A stretch of DNA of 64,000 nucleotides, taken from an uncultured Eubacteriales bacterium (lineage in GTDB: Bacteria > Bacillota > Clostridia > Oscillospirales > CAG-272). Where the stretch lies: positions 337 to 64,336 of the forward strand of contig URDS01000002.1 in the NCBI GenBank assembly GCA_900546635.1. The letters are read 5' to 3'. Shown piece by piece: positions 9,703 to 18,512 of this stretch (within the stretch, counting starts at the first letter, position 1; every line of letters begins with the position of its first letter). The notes under the pieces were generated by a model, which worked only from the letters and a program-made list of their open reading frames with translations, was not told where the DNA came from and ran no database searches. A program made the translations under genes and the position numbers.

Positions 9703-10971
9703 TTACTTCGCTGTATTCTGGCAAAATCTCATCAGAATTGCCGCTACTTGGCATCTTTCCGCATTGCCTGTCGGCATCAGTTTACTGCCGTCACCTTCAA
9801 CGAGTCCGTTGGCATTCGCCCAGGAGAGAGAATCCACTGCCCAAGTGCTGATTTCTCCTTTGTCAGTGAACTTTGTGAGGTCAGCTTTATCTGTTACATT
9901 ATAATTTTTGTAGTCTGCATAGCGATAGAGAATTGCTGCCATCTGTTCACGGGTGATTGCATCCTCCGGGCCGTACTTGCCGTTGCCGTAACCTTCGACA
10001 ATGCCGTTTGCCGCTGCCCAGGTAACAGCGTCCTCATACCAAGAGCCTGCGTTCACATCGTTGAATGCGCAATCGTCGGAGACGGTTGGTTCGCCTTCCA
10101 AACGATAGAGAATGGTAACGATCATTCCACGGGTGGTAGAAGCATTCGGAGCAAAAAGGTTGTCCGGAAGTCCGTTTATCAATCCGTTTTCTACACAGTA
10201 ATGAATACCGTCGTGATACCATTTACTCAGATCCAAGTCGGTAAATGGATATGCCGGACAGGTTACATCATTGGCGCAATCGGCAACAGAATCAATTTTC
10301 ACAAATTCTGCTTTTACAGTTACCTTGCTGCTTGGCATCTTAAAGCTGTAGGTATCGTTGTCTTTTGCAGTGAGAGCAAGTTCATTGCCCCTGCTGTCTG
10401 TCACAGTGACGGCTGCGAGTTTGTAGTTTTCCTCCGGCGTAGCCGTTACCGTAACTATAGAGCCTGTAGAAGCATATGTTTTGCTCGCGGAAACTTTTCC
10501 GTTTTCCGTCTTGTCCACTACGATAGAATAAGTTGTTGTTATTCCGCCGCTGCTGATTTTCTTCCATTGTGCGTAAATGACAGTTGTTTCACCGAATACA
10601 GTATCGGTGGTGACTTTTTCTCCGCCGGTTTCGGCTGTATACCAACCGTTAAAGCGATAGCCGCTGCGTTCCGGTATTGGCAGGTCGGTTAACTTGCCTT
10701 TCTCTGTTTCAGCCGTATCCGGGCTTACGGTTCCGCCGTTTGGATTGAAAGTGACGGTATAGACTTTATCAACAATGGAAACGGATCCTTCAATATAGGC
10801 GACTGCATAAGTTTCTTCTTCCGACATTTTTTCCGCTTTGATCGTGTACGGTTGGAAAGTTTTCCACTCGCCCAACATATTTTCCATCATTGCCTTTGCA
10901 TCGTCTGCCGTTCCTGCAATTTGACAAACTATGCCTTTTCCGTCCAGGATTTCCAATTCAGGAATGGCCAT
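9703..10971 (-). CDS. SLH-anchor segment: a Listeria-Bacteroides (Flg_new) repeat, an Ig-like spacer and three S-layer-homology domains. It has no signal peptide and is most likely the detached C-terminus of the giant gene upstream.
   Basis: The 422-aa ORF contains YTVTFNPNGG..GYRFNGWYT.. (Flg_new). Three SLH repeats are present (..FTDLDLSKWYHDGIHYCVENGLINGL.., ..FNDVNAGSWYEDAVTWAAANGIVEGY.., ..FTDKGEISTWAVDSLSWANANGLVEG..). There is no SD sequence upstream and no hydrophobic N-terminus. Confidence 0.75.
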   Translation of the reverse strand: MAIPELEILDGKGIVCQIAGTADDAKAMMENMLGEWKTFQPYTIKAEKMSEEETYAVAYIEGSVSIVDKVYTVTFNPNGGTVSPDTAETEKGKLTDLPIPERSGYRFNGWYTAETGGEKVTTDTVFGETTVIYAQWKKISSGGITTTYSIVVDKTENGKVSASKTYASTGSIVTVTATPEENYKLAAVTVTDSRGNELALTAKDNDTYSFKMPSSKVTVKAEFVKIDSVADCANDVTCPAYPFTDLDLSKWYHDGIHYCVENGLINGLPDNLFAPNASTTRGMIVTILYRLEGEPTVSDDCAFNDVNAGSWYEDAVTWAAANGIVEGYGNGKYGPEDAITREQMAAILYRYADYKNYNVTDKADLTKFTDKGEISTWAVDSLSWANANGLVEGDGSKLMPTGNAERCQVAAILMRFCQNTAK

Positions 10972-11031
10972 ACCATTAAAGGACCGCCGTGCAGTACAGT
11001 ATTTCCGAACTGCACCATAAGCATTCCGTAG
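10929..11031 (-). other. Frame-overlap zone in which the giant ORF and the SLH ORF are both open (inferred frameshift site)
   Basis: The giant frame ends ..LHGGPLMVWPFLNWKSWTEKA* at 10929. The SLH frame is open from 11031 (in-frame TAG at 11032-11034). One extra base in GGTCCTTTAATGG (minus strand, about 10975-10985) would give ..LHGGPL(N/F)GMAIPELEILDGKG.. Confidence 0.6.
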
Positions 11032-14000
11032 CTACCGTTTTCGATTGTCAGAGTACCGCCTGATTGAATAATCTGTCCTCCGTAAGTACCGTTTCCCGTA
11101 ACAGTCAGGTTGCAGCCTGTATAGAAGCCCTCTTCGCTTTGGATTTCCTTTCCGTTTAAGTCTAAGATTACATTTCGGAGCGGTTCATTCTCATCATAAA
11201 GCATTCCCACTTCATTATCCGTGTAACTCTCTGTTACTGTGATTGTACTGCCGTCCGGAGCTTTCTCCAGCGCCATTGCCAGTATCGGGTAGCTTCCTGT
11301 GAGAGCGCCCTCGGAATCGGTTACGGTCAAAACATTCTTTGCCCAAACGGCATATAATTCAGTATTATTTTGGTCGCTTAAATCCCACTGCTTTCCGGTT
11401 TCTTCGTCTTCTTCGGAGGTTTTCTCAAAGAATACATACTTGTCTGCGTCCCAACGAGTGAACACATACTCTGCATCCGTACTCCATCCCATAAAGGTAT
11501 ATCCATCACGGGTTAAGGTACAATACGGAATGAGTATTTGTACAGCCGCATTGTCATAGAGCGCCGTGGCAGGCACTTCGCCTGCTGCTCCATCGGCATT
11601 GATGTTAAATGTAACGGTATAGCCGCGCACATAACCGCAGTCATCGCAGGTTGTGTCTATAGCGCTTCCGTAGCCATGCGCCTCAGGTGTATCTGCTGCA
11701 TCACAGCCTGCGGCATTACAGATGTGCCAGTGACCGGTTTCGTCGTGTTCATCAAAACTTCCGCTGAAATCGTGCGGTTTCAGTTCTCCGACTGCAACCG
11801 TTACAGTATCGCTCACTTGGTCGCAGTAATCGCACTGTACATAGTTGGTTGCTTTATCAGTACAGGTTGCCGCAGTGGCTTGTACTCCGGAATCCTTTCT
11901 TCCGTAAGTATGTTCTTCCGGGGTATCAATTTGAGTACAACCCGCTGTATTACAGATATGCCAGTGACCGGACGCATTATGCGCGTCGAAAGCGCCGCTG
12001 AAATCGTGGCTTGTCTTGGCCGGGGTTGTGATTTCCGGACAGGCTGAGCAGGTTATTGCTGTTGTGCAATTGCCGTCATCTGCATTTGGCGTGTGTACTG
12101 TTTTTTCTGTGGTCGCTTCACAGCCGGAGCACTTGTACCAGTGGTAATCCGCATCGTGCTGAAGCACGGTGAAACTGTGAGCTGTCTTGGTGTCGGTTGC
12201 GTCACATCCTGAACATTTATACCAATGATTGGTTTCATCTTTTTCAAGCACGGTGAAATCGTGGTCAATGACGGTGCCGTTTGTAAATGTAGTTTCACCG
12301 GTTTTACCCAGGCTGCTTTCGCCGCATTGACAGGATTTGTAATAAACCGCGGGGCTTGTGCAGGTGGCCGGTGTTTTCAAGTAAGCTGCTGCAGCAATTT
12401 CTTGGTTATAGTTGTGGACCGCGTAACCGTCCTTCTCTGTGTTTGCTGTAATATCGCAGTTTGAATTCAAGCACTTATGCCAGTGACCATTGGTATCTTT
12501 TTCCCATGTTGTCGTATCCCACCTATGTTCGTGCGGAACACCCAGCACTAATGAGTTACCGGTATCGTTTCTCCGCAGAAGATATCCAACGTTAATAACT
12601 TCAAACTTATTGTAATTGTCGTCTGTAACAGTATACACATAAAGATTGCCGATATCGCTGCTTGTTACATTGTAAGCATCAATCGTAATTTTATTACCGC
12701 TGTATGGTACATCATTTCCGTCAACAGGACAATAAGCTCTGATTTTTTGCTCATCGGTATAAATACCCGCTTTCGTGCCTGTAATTACAGGAGTGCCGCC
12801 TATGTACACCCCTTTTCCGTGTAAGCTTTTAATACCGTATTCTGCGCCGGAGATTTTGCCGCCGCTGATATTGGCCGTTGCGCCGTTGTCGTAGAGGCTT
12901 ACATTTGTAAGCTCGCCGCCGGAAATATTGGCTACACAGTTCTTCTTTAAGCTGATGCTGCCGGAAATCTTTCCGCCGGTCACATTAACAGTACCTGCGA
13001 CTTCCGAGCCGGAGCTTGGCTTATAAGGATTCATAAATATGCTGCCATCTAATACAGCGCTGTCGGAGATATTGATGGCATTGTTGCCTTCGCTCCAGAT
13101 AGCCTCCTTGCCTCTTGTACTTGCGCTGCTGCCTTTCACTTCTCCGCCGCTGATGTTTAAGGCGCGTGGTGTAGTGCTGCTGTTGCAATAAATATAGATA
13201 CCGGAAAAGTCCGCAGACTGGGTACCATTGGGATCGCTGCCGGTGGCCTGCACGGTTCCGCCGTAGATATTGACTTTACCGCTGTTTATATACATGCCGT
13301 GTCCAAAGCCGGAAACGGTTCCGCCGTATATATTTGCTGTACCGCCATTGGTGTTGTTAATTCCGTAAGCATTGGTATAGTTCTTGGCCTCAAGTGAGCC
13401 GCCGTACATATTCAGTGTCCCCATATTGGTAACAGCACTATTTCCTGTTATGATTTTGCCCGAGCCTTGGCAATCGCACAGATTCAAAGCAGCGCCGGGG
13501 AATACCTGAATGTAACCGGTGAGTGTCTTTCCGTTTAAGCACAGATTTACAGTACCGCTTCGAATTTGAATCAATGGGGTTCCTGCGTAATCTTCTTTCA
13601 GATAGTAGTTTCCTGCTGCAAGGGCATTGCCTGCTAATGTCGGGAACTCAGTGTATTCAACAGGCGCAGCGTGTTCATGGCCTGTTATATCCGCTGTGCC
13701 GCCGCAGATACAGTGATTGTTGTGGTCTGCGGATGGGGTGGCAAGGACGAGGTTTTTGACGCCAACCAATCCAGAGTTAGCTACATCGAGGATTTTGCCT
13801 TCCGGATAGGAAAGGGTAATCTGATCCTTGTATTGAGGGTCTATGTTTTTCACGACAACTTCGCCGTCTTGCGGATTTAATTTATGATAAGCAATCGACA
13901 CCGGATCATTGCCGGTATAGCCGAAACCGTTGATTGCCTCGGCAGCATAAACCAAGACGGAAGCATATCCTGCTCCGTGATTGATTTTTGTATCTCCCAG

Positions 14001-17000
14001 ATGGATCAGTCCGCCTGCATCAGCCGCAGCGCCATGAGAGTTACTGTTGACCGTGCCTCCGTAAAAGTATATTTTGCCGCTGCTGATGAAAGGAATTAGA
14101 TCTCCCGTATGGGAAACCGTCCCCCCATAAAAATAGAAGGCGTTGCCGGTATTATCATTTCCTTGGACGGTCTCGTTTCCGCCGGTCCCGATCAGACTGC
14201 CGCTGTACAGAGATACAGAATCGGAATAATCGGGGTTTTGATAGCTTATGACAGCTGCGTCCGACGACGTTATTTTGCCATCTTCACCGCAGTCGCAGAT
14301 ATTCAAATTATCATTGATTTTCAGCGAACTGTTCAACGTATGTCCGTTGAGGCAAAGATTTACTCCTTTTACACCGCTGATAGTAACAGAGTCCACGGTC
14401 GCATCTTCTGTCAGATAATAGTTATTGCCGCCCTCCAAAGCGGTAGTTCCGTCCCACGGCAGGTATTTTACAGACTCAGAATGGGTATGGTTAGACACAT
14501 TATCCTTGCCGCCGCAGACACAGTGGCTGTGCGCCTTGATGACCGTTTTATTTGCCAGCGTGCCGTCTGCGGTCAGGACGCAGTAAAACGCTTGTCCAAA
14601 CTCATCTGTAAATGTATCTATCGTACCGCCTTCCGGCTCGGTTACACCCAGTCCGTCGTTGAGGGTAATCGGCATGGCGGTTGAAGCATGTGTATCATCC
14701 TCAAGCTTTTCTACCATGCCGCCCTTGATGGCAAGACCGCTGTTATACCTTTCGGTATCAAGCTCGCTCTTTGATTCCGCCGTCACCACCGTATTTGCAC
14801 CGGAGATGGTGATTTCCCCTTCATAACTCCTAATACCGTTGTCGTCGCCCACGGCGGTGACGGTGCTTTCTTCAATCACAATGTCGCAATCGGAGACAAT
14901 GCCGTTGAAACCTCCATAGGATCTACTGCCGCCGGTCGCCGATACGGTGCTGTTTTTGATGAGCAGACTTGTGCCTTGCCTGTTCCTTGCCGCAATACCG
15001 TCGCAGTTTTTTGACTCTGCCGTAACATTGGCGTTTTCGATGACGACAGGACCAACGCAATAAATTCCTTCGCCGGATTCTTGGTCGCCGAAATCGGCTG
15101 TAAGCCGATAGGTTCCGCCGTTTATCTTCAGTCCGTCGTATGCGTAAATCGGATTTATTTCCGCTTTGGAAGTCAATGACGCGCCTTCTTCTGCCGTTAT
15201 ACTCAATACGCCTGTACCTGTATCCGATGTGATGTGAATACCGTTGGTATTCCACCCCTCTTTGCTTGCAGGAGAAACGGTATTTTCACCCTTGAGCACA
15301 ATATGAATGCCGTTATTGCTTGCTGTCTCGGCATAAATGCCGTATATCTGGTACCAGCCATCGCTGCTTTCATTTCCTGCCGAAATGTTTATACCTGTCA
15401 GCGTCAGCGTAGGCACACCCTCCGTCACCGCAAAGGACGCGGTGCCCGCTGTGATGCCATCGCCTGTGATGTCCGCAGCGTTTTCCGCTGTAACCGGCAC
15501 GCCGCCCACATACAGCTCGTTGCCTTCATTTGCAAGCCATTCGGCGGTTGCGTCCGGTGCCTTGATAACCGCTTTATTTGTCGGTGCGCCGTCTGCGGTC
15601 AGGGCGCAGCGGAAGGTTATAGTCTGATCCCCGTATTCCCCTATTTTGCCGCCTGCCGGCTCGGTTACGGTCAGCCCGTCGTTGAGCGTAATCGGCATGG
15701 CTATCGGGTCATATGTGGTCTCATCCTCCGTCGAGCCGCCCTGGATGGCAAAACCGGTGTTATAGTATGTTGTATCCGGCGCTGTCTTTGATTCTGCCGT
15801 CACCACCGTATTTGCACCGGATATGGTGATTTCCCCTTCATAACTCCTAATGCCGTTGTCATCGCCCACGGCGGTGACGGTGCTGTTTGCAATGGTCAAA
15901 TTGTCCGTGACCTTAATGCCGTCGTACTTGCCCTTCGCCGATACCGTGCTGCTGCGGATCTCCAGCGCCGTTGCATTGATGGCATTGTCGCCGCTCGACT
16001 CTGCCGTAACATCGGCGTTTTCAATCACAGAATTCCCATGGCTCTCAATCGCCGGGTTTGTCCAGGTCGCACCGTTATCAACGGTAAGGGTATAAGTTCC
16101 GCCGCTTATATGTATCCCGTCGTATGCAAAAAGGCCCCTGTTTGTGGCATTGACATCCAAAGACGCACCTTCTTCTGCCGTAAGCGTCAAGGAGCCGCTT
16201 CCCGCTTCAACACCGATGCCGCAGGTGAAGTTTGTGCCGCCGGAAAGATTGATGGCGTTTGTGCCGGTCAAGTGGATGTTAATTCCTTGACTGTCCTCCG
16301 TATCAACAAAAATGCCGCAGTTCATAGAAGCACCGTTCACATTCTTCAAAGTGCCTGTGCTGATGGTGGCGCCGTTTAAGGTGAGGGTATTGGTTGACGC
16401 ATGATAGGATACGGTTTCGTCACCGAGGACATTCCCCGCATTTTCCGATGTGATCTGCGTTCCGCCCACCCAGATTTGATATGGGGTAACCTCAGGGAGA
16501 TCGCTGTTCGTGGCAAAAACGGGATAGCCGTTGTTGACGCTGGCATTGACCACCCATTCGGCAGCGGACACATCGAGACCTCCTAAGATGCTCTCGAGAC
16601 TGCTCCTGTTGCCGTTCAGCGCGTCAACCAGCTTTTTATTCTGGTCTTGACCGTCCGCCGCTGCAAATACATTGCTGCCTGCGTCTGTAAAATAATATGC
16701 TGCTGTATTACCGGTGCTTTCGCCGCAAGCGGCAATATCCCCGTCGAGATAATAACCGAAATTGATTGTTCCTCCCACATTATAACCGGAAATCATTCCG
16801 TTTTGGGCGCCGCCGCAGGCTGAACTGGTACTGTAGCAGTTGGAGAGCGTGCCTGTATGTTTACCCGCAATACCGCCGGCTGTGCCATTTCCATGTTCAT
16901 CGAGACTGGAGGTAATCGTGCCGGTACTGTAGCAGTTGACGAGATAACTTTTGCTGCCAAGAAAGCCCGCGATGCCGCCGGCGTTTTGGCCTCTGACGGT

Positions 17001-17540
17001 GACGCCGCTTGCGCAGTTTGCAATGTAGCTGCCGCCGGCGGCGTAGCCCGCGATTCCCCCGGCATAGCCCTCATTCATAAATGTAGTACTGGCGCTGCCA
17101 TAGACTTCCACATTCAGAATTTTAGCGCCGTCTATGTATCCGAACAGGCCGGCATAGTGCACATTGACCGAAACATTGAGGCCGGTGATGCGGTGTCCAT
17201 TGCCGTTAAAGGTGCCTTCAAACGCCCTGGAACTGCCACTCCATGTGCCGATGGGCGTCCACGGCTGATTCCCAAGGTCGATATCGGCAGTCAGCTTGAA
17301 GTGCTGGTCCCTATATTGGTTGCCGTTGATTGCCGCCGCCATCCCCGCCAGTTCCTCCGCCGAACTGATCAGATAGGGATCTTGCTGTGTGCCGCCGCCT
17401 TCCCAGTCGCTATCCGTCGTGCTGCCGTCCCAGGCCGCCGAAGCCGGCGGTATTGCAAAAGCGGTTATCAAAAGCATTCCGACAACCATTACAAGCGTAA
17501 GCCGTATGGAAAGAAACCTGTTTGTTCGTTTTGTTTTCAT
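10929..17540 (-). CDS. Giant secreted surface protein (2,203 aa as called). In order: signal peptide; GLUG-motif domain; two ~340-aa beta-helix-like tandem units; two ~330-aa units starting H-x-H-C-[VI]-C-G-G; five Cys/His-rich HW[HY]xC modules; a Flg_new repeat. It has no wall anchor of its own.
   Basis: The signal peptide is MKTKRTNRFLSIRLTLVMVVGMLLITAFAIPPASA|AW. GLUG-like repeats are present (..YAGLFGYI.., ..AGGIAGYAAGGSYIANC.., ..AGGIAGFLGSKSYLVNC.., ..AGGIAGKHTGTLSNC..). Internal repeats are visible in the translation. RBS AAAGGA lies 8 nt upstream. Confidence 0.85.
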   Translation of the reverse strand: MKTKRTNRFLSIRLTLVMVVGMLLITAFAIPPASAAWDGSTTDSDWEGGGTQQDPYLISSAEELAGMAAAINGNQYRDQHFKLTADIDLGNQPWTPIGTWSGSSRAFEGTFNGNGHRITGLNVSVNVHYAGLFGYIDGAKILNVEVYGSASTTFMNEGYAGGIAGYAAGGSYIANCASGVTVRGQNAGGIAGFLGSKSYLVNCYSTGTITSSLDEHGNGTAGGIAGKHTGTLSNCYSTSSACGGAQNGMISGYNVGGTINFGYYLDGDIAACGESTGNTAAYYFTDAGSNVFAAADGQDQNKKLVDALNGNRSSLESILGGLDVSAAEWVVNASVNNGYPVFATNSDLPEVTPYQIWVGGTQITSENAGNVLGDETVSYHASTNTLTLNGATISTGTLKNVNGASMNCGIFVDTEDSQGINIHLTGTNAINLSGGTNFTCGIGVEAGSGSLTLTAEEGASLDVNATNRGLFAYDGIHISGGTYTLTVDNGATWTNPAIESHGNSVIENADVTAESSGDNAINATALEIRSSTVSAKGKYDGIKVTDNLTIANSTVTAVGDDNGIRSYEGEITISGANTVVTAESKTAPDTTYYNTGFAIQGGSTEDETTYDPIAMPITLNDGLTVTEPAGGKIGEYGDQTITFRCALTADGAPTNKAVIKAPDATAEWLANEGNELYVGGVPVTAENAADITGDGITAGTASFAVTEGVPTLTLTGINISAGNESSDGWYQIYGIYAETASNNGIHIVLKGENTVSPASKEGWNTNGIHITSDTGTGVLSITAEEGASLTSKAEINPIYAYDGLKINGGTYRLTADFGDQESGEGIYCVGPVVIENANVTAESKNCDGIAARNRQGTSLLIKNSTVSATGGSRSYGGFNGIVSDCDIVIEESTVTAVGDDNGIRSYEGEITISGANTVVTAESKSELDTERYNSGLAIKGGMVEKLEDDTHASTAMPITLNDGLGVTEPEGGTIDTFTDEFGQAFYCVLTADGTLANKTVIKAHSHCVCGGKDNVSNHTHSESVKYLPWDGTTALEGGNNYYLTEDATVDSVTISGVKGVNLCLNGHTLNSSLKINDNLNICDCGEDGKITSSDAAVISYQNPDYSDSVSLYSGSLIGTGGNETVQGNDNTGNAFYFYGGTVSHTGDLIPFISSGKIYFYGGTVNSNSHGAAADAGGLIHLGDTKINHGAGYASVLVYAAEAINGFGYTGNDPVSIAYHKLNPQDGEVVVKNIDPQYKDQITLSYPEGKILDVANSGLVGVKNLVLATPSADHNNHCICGGTADITGHEHAAPVEYTEFPTLAGNALAAGNYYLKEDYAGTPLIQIRSGTVNLCLNGKTLTGYIQVFPGAALNLCDCQGSGKIITGNSAVTNMGTLNMYGGSLEAKNYTNAYGINNTNGGTANIYGGTVSGFGHGMYINSGKVNIYGGTVQATGSDPNGTQSADFSGIYIYCNSSTTPRALNISGGEVKGSSASTRGKEAIWSEGNNAINISDSAVLDGSIFMNPYKPSSGSEVAGTVNVTGGKISGSISLKKNCVANISGGELTNVSLYDNGATANISGGKISGAEYGIKSLHGKGVYIGGTPVITGTKAGIYTDEQKIRAYCPVDGNDVPYSGNKITIDAYNVTSSDIGNLYVYTVTDDNYNKFEVINVGYLLRRNDTGNSLVLGVPHEHRWDTTTWEKDTNGHWHKCLNSNCDITANTEKDGYAVHNYNQEIAAAAYLKTPATCTSPAVYYKSCQCGESSLGKTGETTFTNGTVIDHDFTVLEKDETNHWYKCSGCDATDTKTAHSFTVLQHDADYHWYKCSGCEATTEKTVHTPNADDGNCTTAITCSACPEITTPAKTSHDFSGAFDAHNASGHWHICNTAGCTQIDTPEEHTYGRKDSGVQATAATCTDKATNYVQCDYCDQVSDTVTVAVGELKPHDFSGSFDEHDETGHWHICNAAGCDAADTPEAHGYGSAIDTTCDDCGYVRGYTVTFNINADGAAGEVPATALYDNAAVQILIPYCTLTRDGYTFMGWSTDAEYVFTRWDADKYVFFEKTSEEDEETGKQWDLSDQNNTELYAVWAKNVLTVTDSEGALTGSYPILAMALEKAPDGSTITVTESYTDNEVGMLYDENEPLRNVILDLNGKEIQSEEGFYTGCNLTVTGNGTYGGQIIQSGGTLTIENGSYGMLMVQFGNTVLHGGPLMVWPFLNWKSWTEKA

Positions 17541-17645
17541 ATGCTTTGTCCTTTCGTAATTTAAGATTGCTTTACAATCCTGTTTCTATCTATCGGGCAG
17601 GCGGATTGCCGACCTGTCCGGAGTTTTAATTGAACACTATTCAGA

Positions 17646-17837
17646 CTATCCGCTACCTCCTTTAAACACATTAGAAACATTACCTCTTTTTCGGCTAAAA
17701 TAGGCGAAAAGACACTCGTCCTGATTGATGCCAATCGGACGAATGCCTTTTATTACAAAATTTAATATGTAGTTGAAAACACAATTAACAGACAGAAGTA
17801 TATTGTTTGTCTCTCTAATTGTTGAGGCAAAAATCAT
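17646..17837 (-). CDS. Small hypothetical protein (63 aa), first ORF downstream of a strong promoter and upstream of the giant gene
   Basis: The ATG is preceded by AAAGGAA (8-nt spacing). I recognise no family and the sequence is AT-rich. Coding status is uncertain. Confidence 0.3.
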   Translation of the reverse strand: MIFASTIRETNNILLSVNCVFNYILNFVIKGIRPIGINQDECLFAYFSRKRGNVSNVFKGGSG

Positions 17838-17932
17838 TTTGTCAATTCCTTTTCGGTAAATTTTTTCAACTTTTTTAAAAACGAATACAATAATAATCCT
17901 AATTTTTTATGATATTTATTTTTGCATGAAAA

Positions 17933-17961
17933 ATTATACCATAATTCCGGCTTGTTTTCAA
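17933..17961 (-). promoter_or_regulatory. Near-consensus sigma-A promoter reading toward the small ORF and the giant surface-protein gene
   Basis: On the minus strand: TTGAAA (17961-17956), a 17-nt spacer, then TGgTATAAT (hexamer 17938-17933). Confidence 0.55.
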
Positions 17962-18120
17962 TAGAGCAATCTGAATTTTGACAAAAATCCACTCTTCGCA
18001 TTGTCGTTTATGCTGGCGGCAGGCAAAAATATTAACTATTCACAACAATATTTTATTGAAATACAAAGTTTTGGGGCACTTCACTTACGGAAGAGCCCCA
18101 AAAGGGGACTTTTTTGATGA

Positions 18121-18165
18121 ATGCCGCCTGCTGTTTTGAGTACAGCAGGCGGCATTTTTGCACTC
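18121..18165. terminator. Strong hairpin with a plus-strand T-tract (possibly bidirectional) just downstream of the XRE gene
   Basis: AATGCCGCCTGCTG-TTTTGAGTA-CAGCAGGCGGCATT followed by TTTTG on the plus strand. On the minus strand no clean T-tract follows the stem. Confidence 0.5.
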
Positions 18166-18195
18166 GCAGGAAAAATGCTGTATCCGGCCGTTTTT

Positions 18196-18441
18196 TTAAT
18201 CATTTTTTCCTAAAAGTGCATCATACGGAATATCGAGAATCTTACATAAAATTTTGACTTCGTAGTCAGGCACAAAACGCAAACCGTTTTCAATTCTCAA
18301 TATCGTAATTCGATCAAACTCATATCCGTTTAATTGTAATTCGGATGCAAGCTCATTTTGTGTTAGCTGTTTACTCAACCGAATTTTTTTCAGGTTTGCA
18401 CCAATAATATTTTTACTGTTTTCATGCCAATAAATTTTCAT
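18196..18441 (-). CDS. XRE-family helix-turn-helix transcriptional regulator (81 aa)
   Basis: ..IGANLKKIRLSKQLTQNELASELQLNGYEFDRITILRIENGLRFV.. is a classic Cro/C1 HTH. RBS GAGGG present. Confidence 0.85.
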   Translation of the reverse strand: MKIYWHENSKNIIGANLKKIRLSKQLTQNELASELQLNGYEFDRITILRIENGLRFVPDYEVKILCKILDIPYDALLGKND

Positions 18442-18483
18442 TTTTTACCCTCATTTTTGTTATAAAGATGAACATTATGATTG

Positions 18484-18512
18484 ATTGTATCATAAAAATA
18501 ATCATATAGCAA
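18484..18512 (-). promoter_or_regulatory. Putative promoter of the XRE gene
   Basis: On the minus strand: TTGCTA (18512-18507), a 17-nt spacer, then TACAAT (18489-18484). Confidence 0.45.

Noticed and set aside
17541-17645. The 105-nt leader before the giant adhesin gene, considered as a c-di-GMP riboswitch (such riboswitches are common upstream of clostridial surface proteins).
   Set aside because: I could not find the conserved class I elements (e.g. GCACAGGGCAAACC, GGTAGGTAGCGGGGTTACC) or a convincing class II core. Only generic hairpins are present. A covariance-model scan would be needed before claiming anything.
17835-17990. A possible invertible promoter (inverton): TTTTGTCAA at 17837-17845 and TTGACAAAA at 17978-17986 flank the strong promoter at 17933-17961 in front of the surface-protein gene.
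   Set aside because: The inverted repeat is only 9 bp perfect, in very AT-rich DNA where such matches are expected by chance. No invertase or recombinase gene is nearby. It would need read-orientation evidence, so it is not reported as a finding.
18010-18117. A 35-codon plus-strand ORF (MLAAGKNINYSQQYFIEIQSFGALHLRKSPKRGLF) in the AT-rich islet, considered as a possible small peptide or bacteriocin gene.
   Set aside because: It has no Shine-Dalgarno sequence, no leader or double-glycine motif, and it overlaps hairpin structures. There is not enough evidence to call it.
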